A stretch of 64,000 nt of DNA from Fimbriimonadia bacterium (GCA_039961735.1 JABRVX010000044.1:3212-67211); one strand, 5' to 3'. Numbered from the stretch's first letter, positions 28,816 through 38,571 are shown. Program-made: numbers and translations. The notes: generated by a model not told the origin, from the letters alone.

Positions 28816-29114
28816 GCCTCGCACCGAGACTCCAGGGCACCTTTCCAGGTAGCGCCTCGAGCCAGCCGTCCTATCCCAACGGACCGTCCGGGGCCGGTCG
28901 GGCTGTGGACAGGCTGCGCCCCCATGCGTTATCATGGGAGCGTGGTGACGCAGGGAGCAAGCAGACTCGAGTGCGAGCAGCTCGCCCGACGGAGGCGCCG
29001 CAGCCTGCTGTCGCTTCCGCAGGAACCGCTCGAGGACAACTCCCAGTCTCCGGCCCCCGGCGGAGCGACAGATCGCTGATGCTCTCCTCTGCACCCGACG
29101 GCCCAGAGCCGACC

Positions 29115-29798
29115 ATGACGCTCGAAGATTCAGCCGGATCTTCGGGTGCCCGAGCCGCCCCCGAGCATGCCGGACCGCTCCAACGACTAATCTACATCGC
29201 TCGGCTGCCGATGCACCCGATCAGGCGCCTATACGACTGGACCATTCGATGGGCAAGAACAAGGCACGCGCCCTACGCACTGTTCGCTGTGGCCTTCGCC
29301 GAGAGCTCGGTATTCCCCGTTCCGCCAGATGCGCTCCTCATTCCCATGGTGCTCAGCCGACCCAAGGCGTGGATTCGAATCGCGGCCATCTGCACCATCG
29401 GCTCGGTGTGTGGAGCCGTGCTCGGCTACTGCATCGGATGGGCGTTCTACGAATCCGTCGGTCGCCAGATCGTGGACGCGTACAACTTGCACGAACCGAT
29501 GAAGGCCATTGGCGACAGCTACTCACGGAACGCCTTTCCGACCGTGCTGACTGCCGCTTTCACCCCGATCCCGTATAAGGTAATCACCATTGGTGCCGGA
29601 CTCTACAACGTATCCCTTCCCACGGTGATCGTCGCCTCGCTCTTAGGCAGAGCCGGCAGGTTCTTCCTGGTCGCTGGCCTGCTTCGAATCTTCGGCGAGC
29701 GCATCGGGACCTTCGTGGAGAAGTACTTCGACGCCTTGGCACTTGCCTTCGCCGCCCTGCTGATTGGCGGCTTTCTCGCCATCAAGTACCTCTTCTAG
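29115..29798 (+). CDS. YqaA/DedA (VTT domain) membrane protein
   Basis: AFAESSVFPVPPDALLIPM, FTPIPYKV, GRAGRFF. Start is at 29115 or 29211. Confidence 0.88.
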   Translation: MTLEDSAGSSGARAAPEHAGPLQRLIYIARLPMHPIRRLYDWTIRWARTRHAPYALFAVAFAESSVFPVPPDALLIPMVLSRPKAWIRIAAICTIGSVCGAVLGYCIGWAFYESVGRQIVDAYNLHEPMKAIGDSYSRNAFPTVLTAAFTPIPYKVITIGAGLYNVSLPTVIVASLLGRAGRFFLVAGLLRIFGERIGTFVEKYFDALALAFAALLIGGFLAIKYLF

Positions 29799-29834
29799 CG
29801 GGGATCAGAGCAAGTTTTCGTCTTGCCCGGTCAG

Positions 29835-30002
29835 GTGCCGCCGATCCACTGCCGCAAAGCAGAGCCCGAACATCTGGGCAACATCTGCCTGCGACTGGGT
29901 GGTAGGCGGCTGGAGTGGGACCCTGTGAAGGAGGACTTCCGGGCAGACGCCGAGGCGAGCCAGATGGTCGCCCGCACGATGCGTGGGGCCTGGAGCGTGT
30001 AG
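29835..30002 (+). pseudogene. C-terminal fragment of a Gfo/Idh/MocA oxidoreductase
   Basis: HLGNICLRLGGRRLEWDPVKEDF..DAEA..M..R..RGAW* with no catalytic domain upstream. Confidence 0.7.
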
Positions 30003-30121
30003 CGCGACCGGCCTCGTCGCCACTCACAGCGGCGGAGTAGCAGTGCTGTGTCCATCCGAGGGCGGATGGGCACATGGGTAACTTCCAACCCACACCGTCA
30101 TCGCGTCGTCACCGCCGACAG

Positions 30122-30225
30122 CGTCATGCTGAGCCCGTCGAAGCAAACGTCATGCTGAGCCCGTCGAAGCAAACGTCATGCTGAGCCCGTCGAAGCAAAC
30201 GTCATGCTGAGCCCGTCGAAGCATA
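30122..30225 (+). repeat. Four tandem 26-nt REP-arm units
   Basis: cgtcatgctgagcccgtcgaagcaaa three times plus a fourth copy ending gcata; no spacers. Confidence 0.95.
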
Positions 30226-30277
30226 CAGCCGTAAGCCGCGAACGTGGCACCGGAAGACGATATCGTTCGGCACGTCC

Positions 30278-30383
30278 CGTCATGCTGAGCCCGTCGAAGC
30301 ATGCGTTCGCAGGCAGCACGTCACGCCTTCAGGTGCTACGGAGGCGGCATCCGGCGTCATGCTTCGACGGGCTCAGCATGACG
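30278..30383. repeat. 106-nt REP-doublet/MITE-like element
   Basis: Perfect 25-nt inverted arms cgtcatgctgagcccgtcgaagcat with a 56-nt interior. Confidence 0.9.
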
Positions 30384-30592
30384 AGCTAGGCAAAGGCCAC
30401 AGGAGCCGTATACCTTCTTCCACTGCGTCTGCGATGCCTCCACTGCCCCTGTGGTGGAGGCCAGCCCGCACTTGCACGCCTCGATGTTTCGCCTGCCAGG
30501 GTTGTGTGCAGACGACAGCGTCCCGTGCCGGTCCGTCGGGATCAAAGGCTGCCGCGTGCGGGGCGAGCGAGCTGTGCGAAGGCAGCCGGGTG

Positions 30593-31327
30593 TTAGCCGT
30601 AGATGCCCAAGGGTATACCGATGGCACGAGCCTTCTCATCGGGCATCCAATACTTCAGGCGCTCCCCGCTGCAGTAGTCGGGGGTACTCGGTCGGCCGTT
30701 GAGATGCGCTGGAGGCATGAGCCGCACACCCCGCAGCTTCCTCTTGCGAAGCACGCGTGCAGCTTGCTCCGTAACCCAGAGGTACGCCGTCAATGGATAC
30801 ACCCTGAAGAAATCGCTCCCGTCCCACTGCGACCAATCTACCAGCTTCGTAGCGTCCTGCTCGGCCGTGTACTTGCGGGAACCGCAGCCCGGGCACCTTT
30901 CCACCAACCGAATGCCCGACTGCTCCGGCGCTACACCACCCCAACCCGTCACCACGAACTCCCACAGCTTCGGTATCGCCGCAGACTCAGCATCCTCCGG
31001 CCGTAGACCCGGATTGTCGTCACACCAATCCCGCTCCTTCGCACGGACCTTGAAACGAACCGCGGGCACCTCCCGGACCTCGTAGCCCGTGAAGCCCATC
31101 TCCCGGAACTACTGCAGAACGTGGTCTTGAATGAAGCATTCGCTGGTCCAAGCCCACACCACGTCGGGCACGGGCCGCCGGGTCAGCAACAACTCGTACC
31201 AGATTCTGCGGCCAGTGACATTGTGGCGCGGGTTGATGGGGCAGCCCTTACCTTTCTCATAGCGGCTGCCCTCCACCTCGGCAAGACCCCGCGTCGAGGC
31301 CGGCTTGTAGAAGTGGTAGAAGTTCAT
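30593..31327 (-). pseudogene. Immunity-like protein (double-CXXCG / WDGSDFF type) split by an in-frame TAG
   Basis: ORFs 31327-31109 and 31099-30593 share a frame; TAG at 31111-31109; motifs GCP, RCPGCG, WDGSDFF. Confidence 0.7.
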
Positions 31328-31328
31328 G

Positions 31329-31882
31329 CTACCAGTCCAATCCGAACCATTTCTTCATCTTCTCTAACTGGTCCATCACCTCGTCTATATCGAGGGCGGG
31401 ACCTTGCGAGGCTGCTCCCAGAACTCCTTCCACCACTTGTTCCAGTGCTCGGGACCCGTGTGCAGTCCTCCCGGCTTCAGGCGGTGCTTCTCCTTCGGCA
31501 CACGCAGAATATACGTGTCTATGTCAATCCCCATCGCACGGAACCGCTCCCTGAACTGCTTTGGGAACAGGTGATGCGCCTCTCCCGGTCCACCGCGTGC
31601 TGCCACAGCCGGGCTGCCAGGTCCGTGAGGCGTTCCTCGCCTTTGCCGAGGTGACGAAGGTTGCGTAGCGCATCGATGCCCTCGTCGTAACAATTCCGGA
31701 CAACGCTGCCCAGCCAGTCGGCAACCTTGTTGTGGGAGAGTGCCTACTCGGGGCCGGTGAAGCTCGTCCTCGCGAATGCGGGGATACGTGTGTGGGCCCT
31801 CTACCGAGAGGTTGTATACCAGCGCAGGACCGGAGAGGCGGGAGACGGAGGTGACCTCCCCCTCGCCCGTACGCGGCAGACG
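31329..31882 (-). pseudogene. Pretoxin-HINT C-terminus plus DUF2380-like nuclease toxin domain, frameshifted
   Basis: EVTSVSRLSGPALVYNLSVEGPHTY; ALSHN in another frame; HHLFPKQF..GIDID.Y...H.L...LHTG...WNKWW..F; C-terminal EVMDQLEKMKKWFGLDW* in a shifted frame. Confidence 0.75.
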
Positions 31883-31924
31883 TCAGCCGCAACGTCTGGG
31901 TATGGGAACTGCTGAGGCACCGAG

Positions 31925-32621
31925 TTACTCGATACGATCGTGCTTAGCCAGATTGTGCCGCGCGCAGAGGAGCTGGATGTTGTCCGCAACGAGGGATGAG
32001 CCGCCTTTGGAATACGGGATGATGTGGTCGAAGTGCAGGTTGTCGGTAGCCCCACACAGACGACATCTCCCACCATCCCTCTTCCAGACTGCCTGTTTCA
32101 CGCTCGGGGGGATCAGGCGGGTGTGCTCGAGGTCCCGCATAACACTGTTCTGTGTCAACGGCGGCTCACGCTCGCGAAGTGTGAGGCGGAACCGACACAC
32201 CGCGCGTCCACCGACCTCTTGGAGCCAGGCATCTCGCAAATCGAACACCCCGTTGAACACCCATATCCCCCGTCTGAGCTTCTCGTAGACATGGACCGGG
32301 TGCGGAGGGGCTAACCCGCACTTATGGCGGTGTGCTGCGTCCCAGAAGCGGCCATTCTGGGTCGGCTGTCCGGCGGGGGTAGTGAGGGGTTGGTCCTGGG
32401 TCTTCGGGTCAGGACCGCCTCGCGTTCTTGGTGCGTCGTGACTCGTAGATGAGGGTGCATCCGTCGTCTTCGATTCGGTCCCGATACGGAGCATCAGAAC
32501 GTCGGGACATGAGGATGACGCTGTGGTCGGCGTGAATTCGGAAGTTCATGCCCTGCTGGAGGTTTTTGCCCTCGAGTTGGCACATCTCTAGGTAGGTAAG
32601 GATATCGCCTTGGCTGACCAT
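31925..32621 (-). pseudogene. HNH endonuclease with an N-terminal domain, frameshifted at 32441
   Basis: IYE-(G)-HDAP junction reads GAG T CAC; C-terminal CRLCG..HFDHIIPYSKGG...NIQLLCARHN. Confidence 0.85.
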
Positions 32622-32724
32622 ATCGGTGGTTTAGAGGCCTTCGTCATTGTAGCCCAGGCGCAATTTGTCAGTGCGATACTGGGGCTTGACAAGGGGACGG
32701 CAAGGGCGAGAACAGAGCAGACGA

Positions 32725-32811
32725 ATGTCTACCATGATTCATCTGCACCTGCATTCGGTGGCAAGCTTTTTGGACGGGGCCGACTTCATCGAGAACCTCG
32801 TGGCCCGGGCG
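32725..32811 (+). pseudogene. N-terminal PHP-domain fragment of DNA polymerase III alpha (DnaE/DnaE2-like)
   Basis: HLHLHSVASFLDGA..IENLVARA matches the start of DnaE-type PHP domains. Confidence 0.6.
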
Positions 32812-32925
32812 GACTTCCTGTTGCCTCCCCCTGACCCCGGAGCCGACGTGAACTGCGATGGCTGGGTGAACACGCTCGACTTGAACGTCGTGCTCAAGAA
32901 CTTCGGGATGGTTGGTGAACCCCAG
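32812..32925 (+). pseudogene. Orphan dockerin-like C-terminal fragment
   Basis: ADVNCDGWVNTLDLNVVLKNFGMVGEP resembles the ends of the genes at 9601-11574 and 47047-48549. Confidence 0.65.
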
Positions 32926-33051
32926 CGGGTGCGGATGACCGGCGGGGCCAATCGTGGGGCGCCCGCCGGTGTCGAAAGCCCCAGCCTGCGAAGGTCCGAT
33001 ACGCTCCACGTCGAACGGACACCCATTCGCGACTTCCAAGGAGTTCTGCTC

Positions 33052-35106
33052 GTGCCCACCGTCCGAGTCCGAGACCGACGAATCTACGTTGACGACACCC
33101 CCATTCCGCTCATCTCCGGAGAAGTTCATTACTGGCGACTCGCGCCTGCGAGATGGCGCGCGATATTGGAGCGCGTGCGCGAGATGGGCCTCGACACTAT
33201 CGCCACCTATGTGTGCTGGGAGTACCATGAGCTGGAGCCGGGAAGGTATGACTTCACTGGCGCGACCGAACCGCAGCGTGACTTAGTGGGTTTCCTCGAT
33301 CTGGTGCGCGAGATGGGCTTCTGGCTCTTCATTCGCCCGGGGCCCTACATCTATTCCGAGTGGCAGAACGCTGGGGTGCCGGATAGGGTTGCCACCTACC
33401 ACCGTCTGTCACCCGAGTATCAGGCCGAGGCACGGCCCTGGATGGAAGCCGTCGCCGCTGTGATCAAGCCCTACCTGGCTACGCACGGCGGCCCAATCGT
33501 GGCATTCCAGCCCGACAACGAGATGGACCTTTTCACGCACTGGTTCGAGGACGAACTGGGCCTGCGCGGCGGTGACGGGCTGTTTCAGCGATTCCTACGC
33601 CAGAGATATGGGACCATCGAGGGACTTAACAACGCATGGCAATGCAGCTATGTGGACTTCGCAGAGGCACGGGCATATGCCGAGCTACCACCCGGAGCGA
33701 CTGCGGGCGAACGAGCGAGAGTGCTGGACTACTGGCGATTCCAGCACTGGTCGGTGGCAGAGTGCGTTCGCTGGCACGTCGAAGTGTATCGGGAGTGCGG
33801 CATTGATGTTCCCATCTATCACAACTACTACTATGGCGGCGATGTTCAGAACTGGCGGGAGCTGTCTGCGCACTGCGACTTCCTCGGGATAGACGTCTAT
33901 CCGGGGAACGAGTTCGAGCAAACCGGATACCCAGGCGATCAACGCCTGTGCCTCGATGTGTGTAGATGTCAGCGGAACGTATCACCCATTCCTTACATCG
34001 CCGAGTTCGAAGCGGGTGCATGGCACGGCCTCCACGAGATGGCAGGGGTGATGTCCCCCAATCACTATCGGCTTATCTGCTTCACCGCTCTCGCGGCAGG
34101 CATCGCAGGTTGGAATTGGTATATGTTGGTCAACAGGGACAACTGGTACTACTGCCCGATCCAGGAGTGGGGACGAATTCGACCCGAGATGTATAGTGTT
34201 TTTCATGACATCGTGAGGGTGTACGGCGAACTCGACCCGCCATCGCTGCAGAAACTAACAGACACCTCGGTGGTGATAGATCCGCTGCAGATCGCCGCCG
34301 ACCGGAGCCTCAGGAAGAACGCAATTCTAGACGCCCTATATGCCGCGGACCTGGACTACGAGACGCTGGATCTCGTCACAGGCGAGACGCCGAAGCCACT
34401 CATCATCTACGCAGGCTCGGAGTGGCTCGGAAAGCGTGAGCAAGAAAAGCTCGCCGAGCTAGTGGATCAGGGCGCGACTCTGGTAGTGTTCAAGAGCGCG
34501 CCAGTCCTGGACGACTCCCTACAGCCACTCAACCTGTTAGACGTGGCAAAGCCGATCGGAATCCTGTCGGCATTAGGTAAGCGCGTTGTCCTGAACCTAG
34601 GCAATGAGAGACCCGTCGTCGAGGGTGCGCTGTTCGAGTACGAACGCGCAGGCACTTATCGAGAGTGGATCGAGGCGGAGCAGACGCTGGGTGAATTGCA
34701 GGCGGTGGAGAACAGCGACCTACTGGCACTCCGGTATCAGGGCAAGCGGTTCACGGTCGGGTATGTCGAGCCGCGCGGTAGGGGCAAGCTGGTGGTACTA
34801 GGGATCGAGCCAAACGCCGACGTGATGCGTGCGCTACATCGCCGGTTCGGTGTCCGCACGTACGCGACGACCGATGCCACGGGAGTGATCACAGCGCTCT
34901 TCCAGCGTGGGGACGAGCACTACCTCGTCGCCACGAACAACGCGAACGAGGAGCAAACTTTCCGGGTGCGACTGGACGTTCTCGGTATCACAGGGGCTTA
35001 TAGGGTTACCGACCTATGGGCCGGCTGCACCGATACGTTCGCCGGCGACCCGGTCCTGCACCTCGAGCGCAAGAGCGGCAGCGCGTGGCGGATTCATGCA
35101 GGGTAA
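33052..35106 (+). CDS. Beta-galactosidase-like glycoside hydrolase, GH35-type
   Basis: AGGAG before GTG 33052; SGEVHYWR, TYVCWEYHE, RPGPYIYSEW, QPDNE, IAEF. Confidence 0.85.
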   Translation: MPTVRVRDRRIYVDDTPIPLISGEVHYWRLAPARWRAILERVREMGLDTIATYVCWEYHELEPGRYDFTGATEPQRDLVGFLDLVREMGFWLFIRPGPYIYSEWQNAGVPDRVATYHRLSPEYQAEARPWMEAVAAVIKPYLATHGGPIVAFQPDNEMDLFTHWFEDELGLRGGDGLFQRFLRQRYGTIEGLNNAWQCSYVDFAEARAYAELPPGATAGERARVLDYWRFQHWSVAECVRWHVEVYRECGIDVPIYHNYYYGGDVQNWRELSAHCDFLGIDVYPGNEFEQTGYPGDQRLCLDVCRCQRNVSPIPYIAEFEAGAWHGLHEMAGVMSPNHYRLICFTALAAGIAGWNWYMLVNRDNWYYCPIQEWGRIRPEMYSVFHDIVRVYGELDPPSLQKLTDTSVVIDPLQIAADRSLRKNAILDALYAADLDYETLDLVTGETPKPLIIYAGSEWLGKREQEKLAELVDQGATLVVFKSAPVLDDSLQPLNLLDVAKPIGILSALGKRVVLNLGNERPVVEGALFEYERAGTYREWIEAEQTLGELQAVENSDLLALRYQGKRFTVGYVEPRGRGKLVVLGIEPNADVMRALHRRFGVRTYATTDATGVITALFQRGDEHYLVATNNANEEQTFRVRLDVLGITGAYRVTDLWAGCTDTFAGDPVLHLERKSGSAWRIHAG

Positions 35107-35121
35107 CCTAGCCGAAAAGCC

Positions 35122-36342
35122 ATGCGTATTCTGGTGCTCGCCAACGCCGACCTGTACCGCCCGCGGGGCGGCTCGCAGCTCTATTGCTACAATCGCTGGC
35201 GACGCATCGCCCGCAATCATCGTCTCACCGTTCTCCTCACCGACACCGTCCCACACGAGCCGGACCCAGCCTTCGACCCACCCGAGAGCTGGTGCGAGAA
35301 GGTGTACACCGTGCCCGACCGACCGGCATCGTTCGGGCTGCGACTGGAACGCAAGTTGCGACGGTGCATGCCCTGGAGATCCAGCCAGATGGGCCAGTGG
35401 CTGAACCGGGAAGCCAAGTTTCTCGCCCATCGCTTGCTGCGTGAGGAGCAATTCGACCTTCTGCACGTCGAGGGCTTCTCCATGTGGTGGCTGCTCCCAC
35501 GCCGGCTCGAACTGCCCGTGAGTCACACAGCCACCGATATCGTTTCCCGCTTTGCCGAGAACAATCCACAGCCGGGCGACCCGTGGCTGAAGAACTTCTT
35601 CGCCGCCCGTCGCCACGCTCAACTCAGGCGGATGGAACCGCCGACTTGGCAGCGCGCAAACCTAATCACTACGATCACCACGGTGGAGCGCGACTGGATC
35701 GCGAAGGAGGCACCCGGCGTGCCGGTTGTGGTCATCCCGAACGGGATTGACAGGCAGTACTTTGCGCCTTCCGATGAAGAACCCGCGCAGCCCCCCGAGT
35801 TGTGCTTCACCGGCATCATGCTGTACCGCCCGAACATAGACGCGATGCTCTACTTCTGCCACGAGGTGCTGCCCCTCATCCGCGCCGAAGTCCCCGAAGC
35901 GCGTCTGAACATCGTCGGGCGCGAACCCTCCCCCGAAGTGCAGCGGCTGGCCGACATCCCCGGTGTTACGGTCACCGGCTCTGTGCCTGATGTGAGACCG
36001 TATCTGCGGCGAGCGAGCGTAGTGGTCGCACCTGTGCGACTAGGCGCAGGAATGCGGGGCAAACACCTAGAGGCGATGGCGATGCGAAAGCCGGTGGTCG
36101 CAACCACATTTTGCGTGGAGGGTACGGCCTGCACCCACGGAAAGGACATCTTGCTAGCCGACGACCCCAAGACCTTCGCACAGCACACCTTGTCCTTGCT
36201 TCGAGATCGCGCCTATGCCGATTCTATCGCCCAGGCCGGCATGGAACTGGTCCATCGCGAGTACGACTGGGACATCAACGCCGCACGCATGGAAGAGCAC
36301 CTGGTGAGGTGCGTGGCAGATTACCGAGCGAGGCAAAGGTGA
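35122..36342 (+). CDS. GT4 family glycosyltransferase
   Basis: IPNGID, FTGIMLYRPNIDA, KHLEAMAMRKPVV. Confidence 0.88.
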   Translation: MRILVLANADLYRPRGGSQLYCYNRWRRIARNHRLTVLLTDTVPHEPDPAFDPPESWCEKVYTVPDRPASFGLRLERKLRRCMPWRSSQMGQWLNREAKFLAHRLLREEQFDLLHVEGFSMWWLLPRRLELPVSHTATDIVSRFAENNPQPGDPWLKNFFAARRHAQLRRMEPPTWQRANLITTITTVERDWIAKEAPGVPVVVIPNGIDRQYFAPSDEEPAQPPELCFTGIMLYRPNIDAMLYFCHEVLPLIRAEVPEARLNIVGREPSPEVQRLADIPGVTVTGSVPDVRPYLRRASVVVAPVRLGAGMRGKHLEAMAMRKPVVATTFCVEGTACTHGKDILLADDPKTFAQHTLSLLRDRAYADSIAQAGMELVHREYDWDINAARMEEHLVRCVADYRARQR

Positions 36343-37472
36343 AGATCGTCGAGGTTTTCGATGCACCGTCGGTCAACCCGTACTTCTCGTACATTCACCG
36401 TCCCATGGCACTGCGCAGGGCACTGCGCGAAGCAGGCGTGCAGTTCGAGGACATCTGGCTGTGGGACTATCCCCACAAACGCCCGGCGATCCGAAGGCTG
36501 CGCAACGCCTCACTGATTCGCGAGCGGCTGAAGGGTGCGGACCTCATCATTGGCAATCAGTCGGTCGGTGCAGCGACTGCGGGTTTAGCGGCGAGGGGCC
36601 TCGGCGTCCCAGTGGTGTTCGACGTGCACACGTTGTGGGCACCCGAGGCCAAGGCGGTATGGAAAGTGGCGCCATCACGCCGCAATCTCGTGGACTACCT
36701 CATGGCAGCATGGGTCGAGCCCATAGCTCGCCGGCACGCGAATCACTTCCTCGTGGTCTCCAACGTGGCGAGGCGGCACTATGAAAGCAAAGGCGTACCG
36801 CCCGAGCACATCACCTTGGTCCGCAACGGAATCGAACCCGAGCTGTTCCCTTTCACACCGCTGCCGCCGGAGGGCAAGCGACGCATTGTCTACGGCGGGG
36901 CAATGCAAGACTACCAAGGTATTCCGTTCCTTACGGGTGCGTTTGCCGAGCTGGTCCGCCGCAAGCCCGAGCTTCCGCTCGAGCTATACCTGGTGGGGTT
37001 CGGGCGCGATCAGGCCAAGCGGCGAGAATGGTGCGAGAGCGTCGGTGAAGGCCGAATCCTGACTCACGGCTATGCACCCAGAGAGCAGTTCATCGCCGAG
37101 CTGCAGACGGCCCACTGGGGCACGCTCGCCTTCCCACCCGTAGTCACCCGCCTGCGTCGAGACGCCTTCCCCTACAAGTACGCCGAGTACATCGCACTCG
37201 GCAGGCCTGTGGTCATGACCGACAGCAACGAAACGGCAGACTTCTGCCGGGAGTACAGGACGGGGATCGTGGTGCCCGCGACGCATGAAGACCTGATGCA
37301 TGGATACGAGCAAGCCGCCTCGACCCCGAGGGCCGAGATGGAAGCGATGGCTGAGCGCGGTCGTCACCTAGTAGAGACCCAGATGACTTGGGCACACATG
37401 CAATCGGCGATGTACGAAGGGCTGAAGAAGCTGGGCCTAGACGTCTCACCGTACGTAGGTTGCAGTAGTTGA
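36339..37472 (+). CDS. GT4 family glycosyltransferase
   Basis: GTGA overlap with the upstream stop; VRNGIE, YGGAMQDYQG, FPYKYAEYIALGRPVV. Confidence 0.85.
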   Translation: MKIVEVFDAPSVNPYFSYIHRPMALRRALREAGVQFEDIWLWDYPHKRPAIRRLRNASLIRERLKGADLIIGNQSVGAATAGLAARGLGVPVVFDVHTLWAPEAKAVWKVAPSRRNLVDYLMAAWVEPIARRHANHFLVVSNVARRHYESKGVPPEHITLVRNGIEPELFPFTPLPPEGKRRIVYGGAMQDYQGIPFLTGAFAELVRRKPELPLELYLVGFGRDQAKRREWCESVGEGRILTHGYAPREQFIAELQTAHWGTLAFPPVVTRLRRDAFPYKYAEYIALGRPVVMTDSNETADFCREYRTGIVVPATHEDLMHGYEQAASTPRAEMEAMAERGRHLVETQMTWAHMQSAMYEGLKKLGLDVSPYVGCSS

Positions 37473-37476
37473 GACC

Positions 37477-38571
37477 CTAACTGCGCATGCAATACTCGAC
37501 TGCATCGAGGTACTTAGCGCGAAGTACCGGCCAGGCGAACTCCTGCTCGGCAAGCGACCGCGCGCGATCCCCCATTGCCTGAAGCTCGCTTCTCGGCATG
37601 TTCGCAAATGCCTCGAGCGTAGTCCGAAGCCCGCCCGGACGCCAGTCCGACACCAGTCCGGAGCCATGCTTGCGAATCAGGTCTGCCGTCTCGTCTACGT
37701 CGTTCACCAGAACCGGTCGCCCCAAGGCACTGTACTCGCCGAACTTGGTCGGCATCGCCACGCGCACGGCCGGGTGAGGCAGCCGCGGGATCACCAGCGC
37801 ATGACACTCGCGCAAAAGTCCGACCATCCGCTCGCGAGGCATCGCGTCCCATAGCTCTGCTCGAGCGCCCAGCTTCTGCTCGAACTCGCGCTTCAGTGCC
37901 GCATCGCCTGCTCCGAACCCGATGACCCGCAGGCGAAGCGGTGAGCCTCGCAGGGCCGAGAACTCCTTCAGCAGGTGCGGCAGCCCTTGCCAGCAATGCG
38001 TACCACCCGCGTATCCGATCCACCGCTCACCCTCGGGCCCGTCGGGTGGCACTTCCGAGGGGGCGAACAGGTCCAGGTCTACCCCGTTTCGAACTAGGAA
38101 CAGCCGCTCACCCGGCAATCCGAGCCGGAGGTACAAATCCTTCGAAGGCTGCGAAACCACGAGGAGCGCTTTGGCCCCGCGCCGCGCCACCCTGTCGAGA
38201 TAGGGCATGGTCAGCATGGCGGAGGCAGAGTACGTACTTCTCTTGGTGCTCCACTCCAATCGCGCCTCCGCAGCAGCGTCGCCATGCACGTCGTACAGCA
38301 CGGGCGTTTGCCCACGGGCTCCGCGGAGTGCCGCGGCGGCGGCGATGCAGTTGGCCGCATGAATCAAGTCGGCCCCTTGGAGTTCGGCTCGGAAGCGGGA
38401 CCCCAGCAGAGCCCGGCAGACTGACGGCTTCATCGTGCCCCGGTCCAACAGGTAGAGCATCGAGACCTCGTGCCCTTGAGCCCGCACCGCCTCCGTGAGC
38501 ATCCGCACGCGAAGCAGGTATGCGTTATCCGCGTCGGATGAATGCCCGTCCACCAATGCTACGAGCCTCAA
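37477..38571 (-). CDS. GT4 family glycosyltransferase
   Basis: VRNGVD, YAGGTHCWQG, PTKFGEYSALGRPVL. Confidence 0.85.
   Translation of the reverse strand: MRLVALVDGHSSDADNAYLLRVRMLTEAVRAQGHEVSMLYLLDRGTMKPSVCRALLGSRFRAELQGADLIHAANCIAAAAALRGARGQTPVLYDVHGDAAAEARLEWSTKRSTYSASAMLTMPYLDRVARRGAKALLVVSQPSKDLYLRLGLPGERLFLVRNGVDLDLFAPSEVPPDGPEGERWIGYAGGTHCWQGLPHLLKEFSALRGSPLRLRVIGFGAGDAALKREFEQKLGARAELWDAMPRERMVGLLRECHALVIPRLPHPAVRVAMPTKFGEYSALGRPVLVNDVDETADLIRKHGSGLVSDWRPGGLRTTLEAFANMPRSELQAMGDRARSLAEQEFAWPVLRAKYLDAVEYCMRS

Noticed and set aside
30122-30225. Possible CRISPR array
   Set aside because: The units abut with no unique spacers, no cas genes are present, and the unit is the arm of a dispersed palindrome.
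30384-30592. Small ORFs 30357..30545 and 30373..30639
   Set aside because: No recognisable motifs or start signals, and they run into the repeat element.
31109-31111. Amber recoding or pyrrolysine readthrough
   Set aside because: Many intact genes here end in TAG (for example 11574, 29798, 47047), and neighbouring genes carry frameshifts, so decay is the simpler explanation.
32665-35106. Single 813-aa beta-galactosidase as given in the ORF track
   Set aside because: The GH35 part has its own SD and GTG at 33052; the upstream part is made of unrelated fragments.
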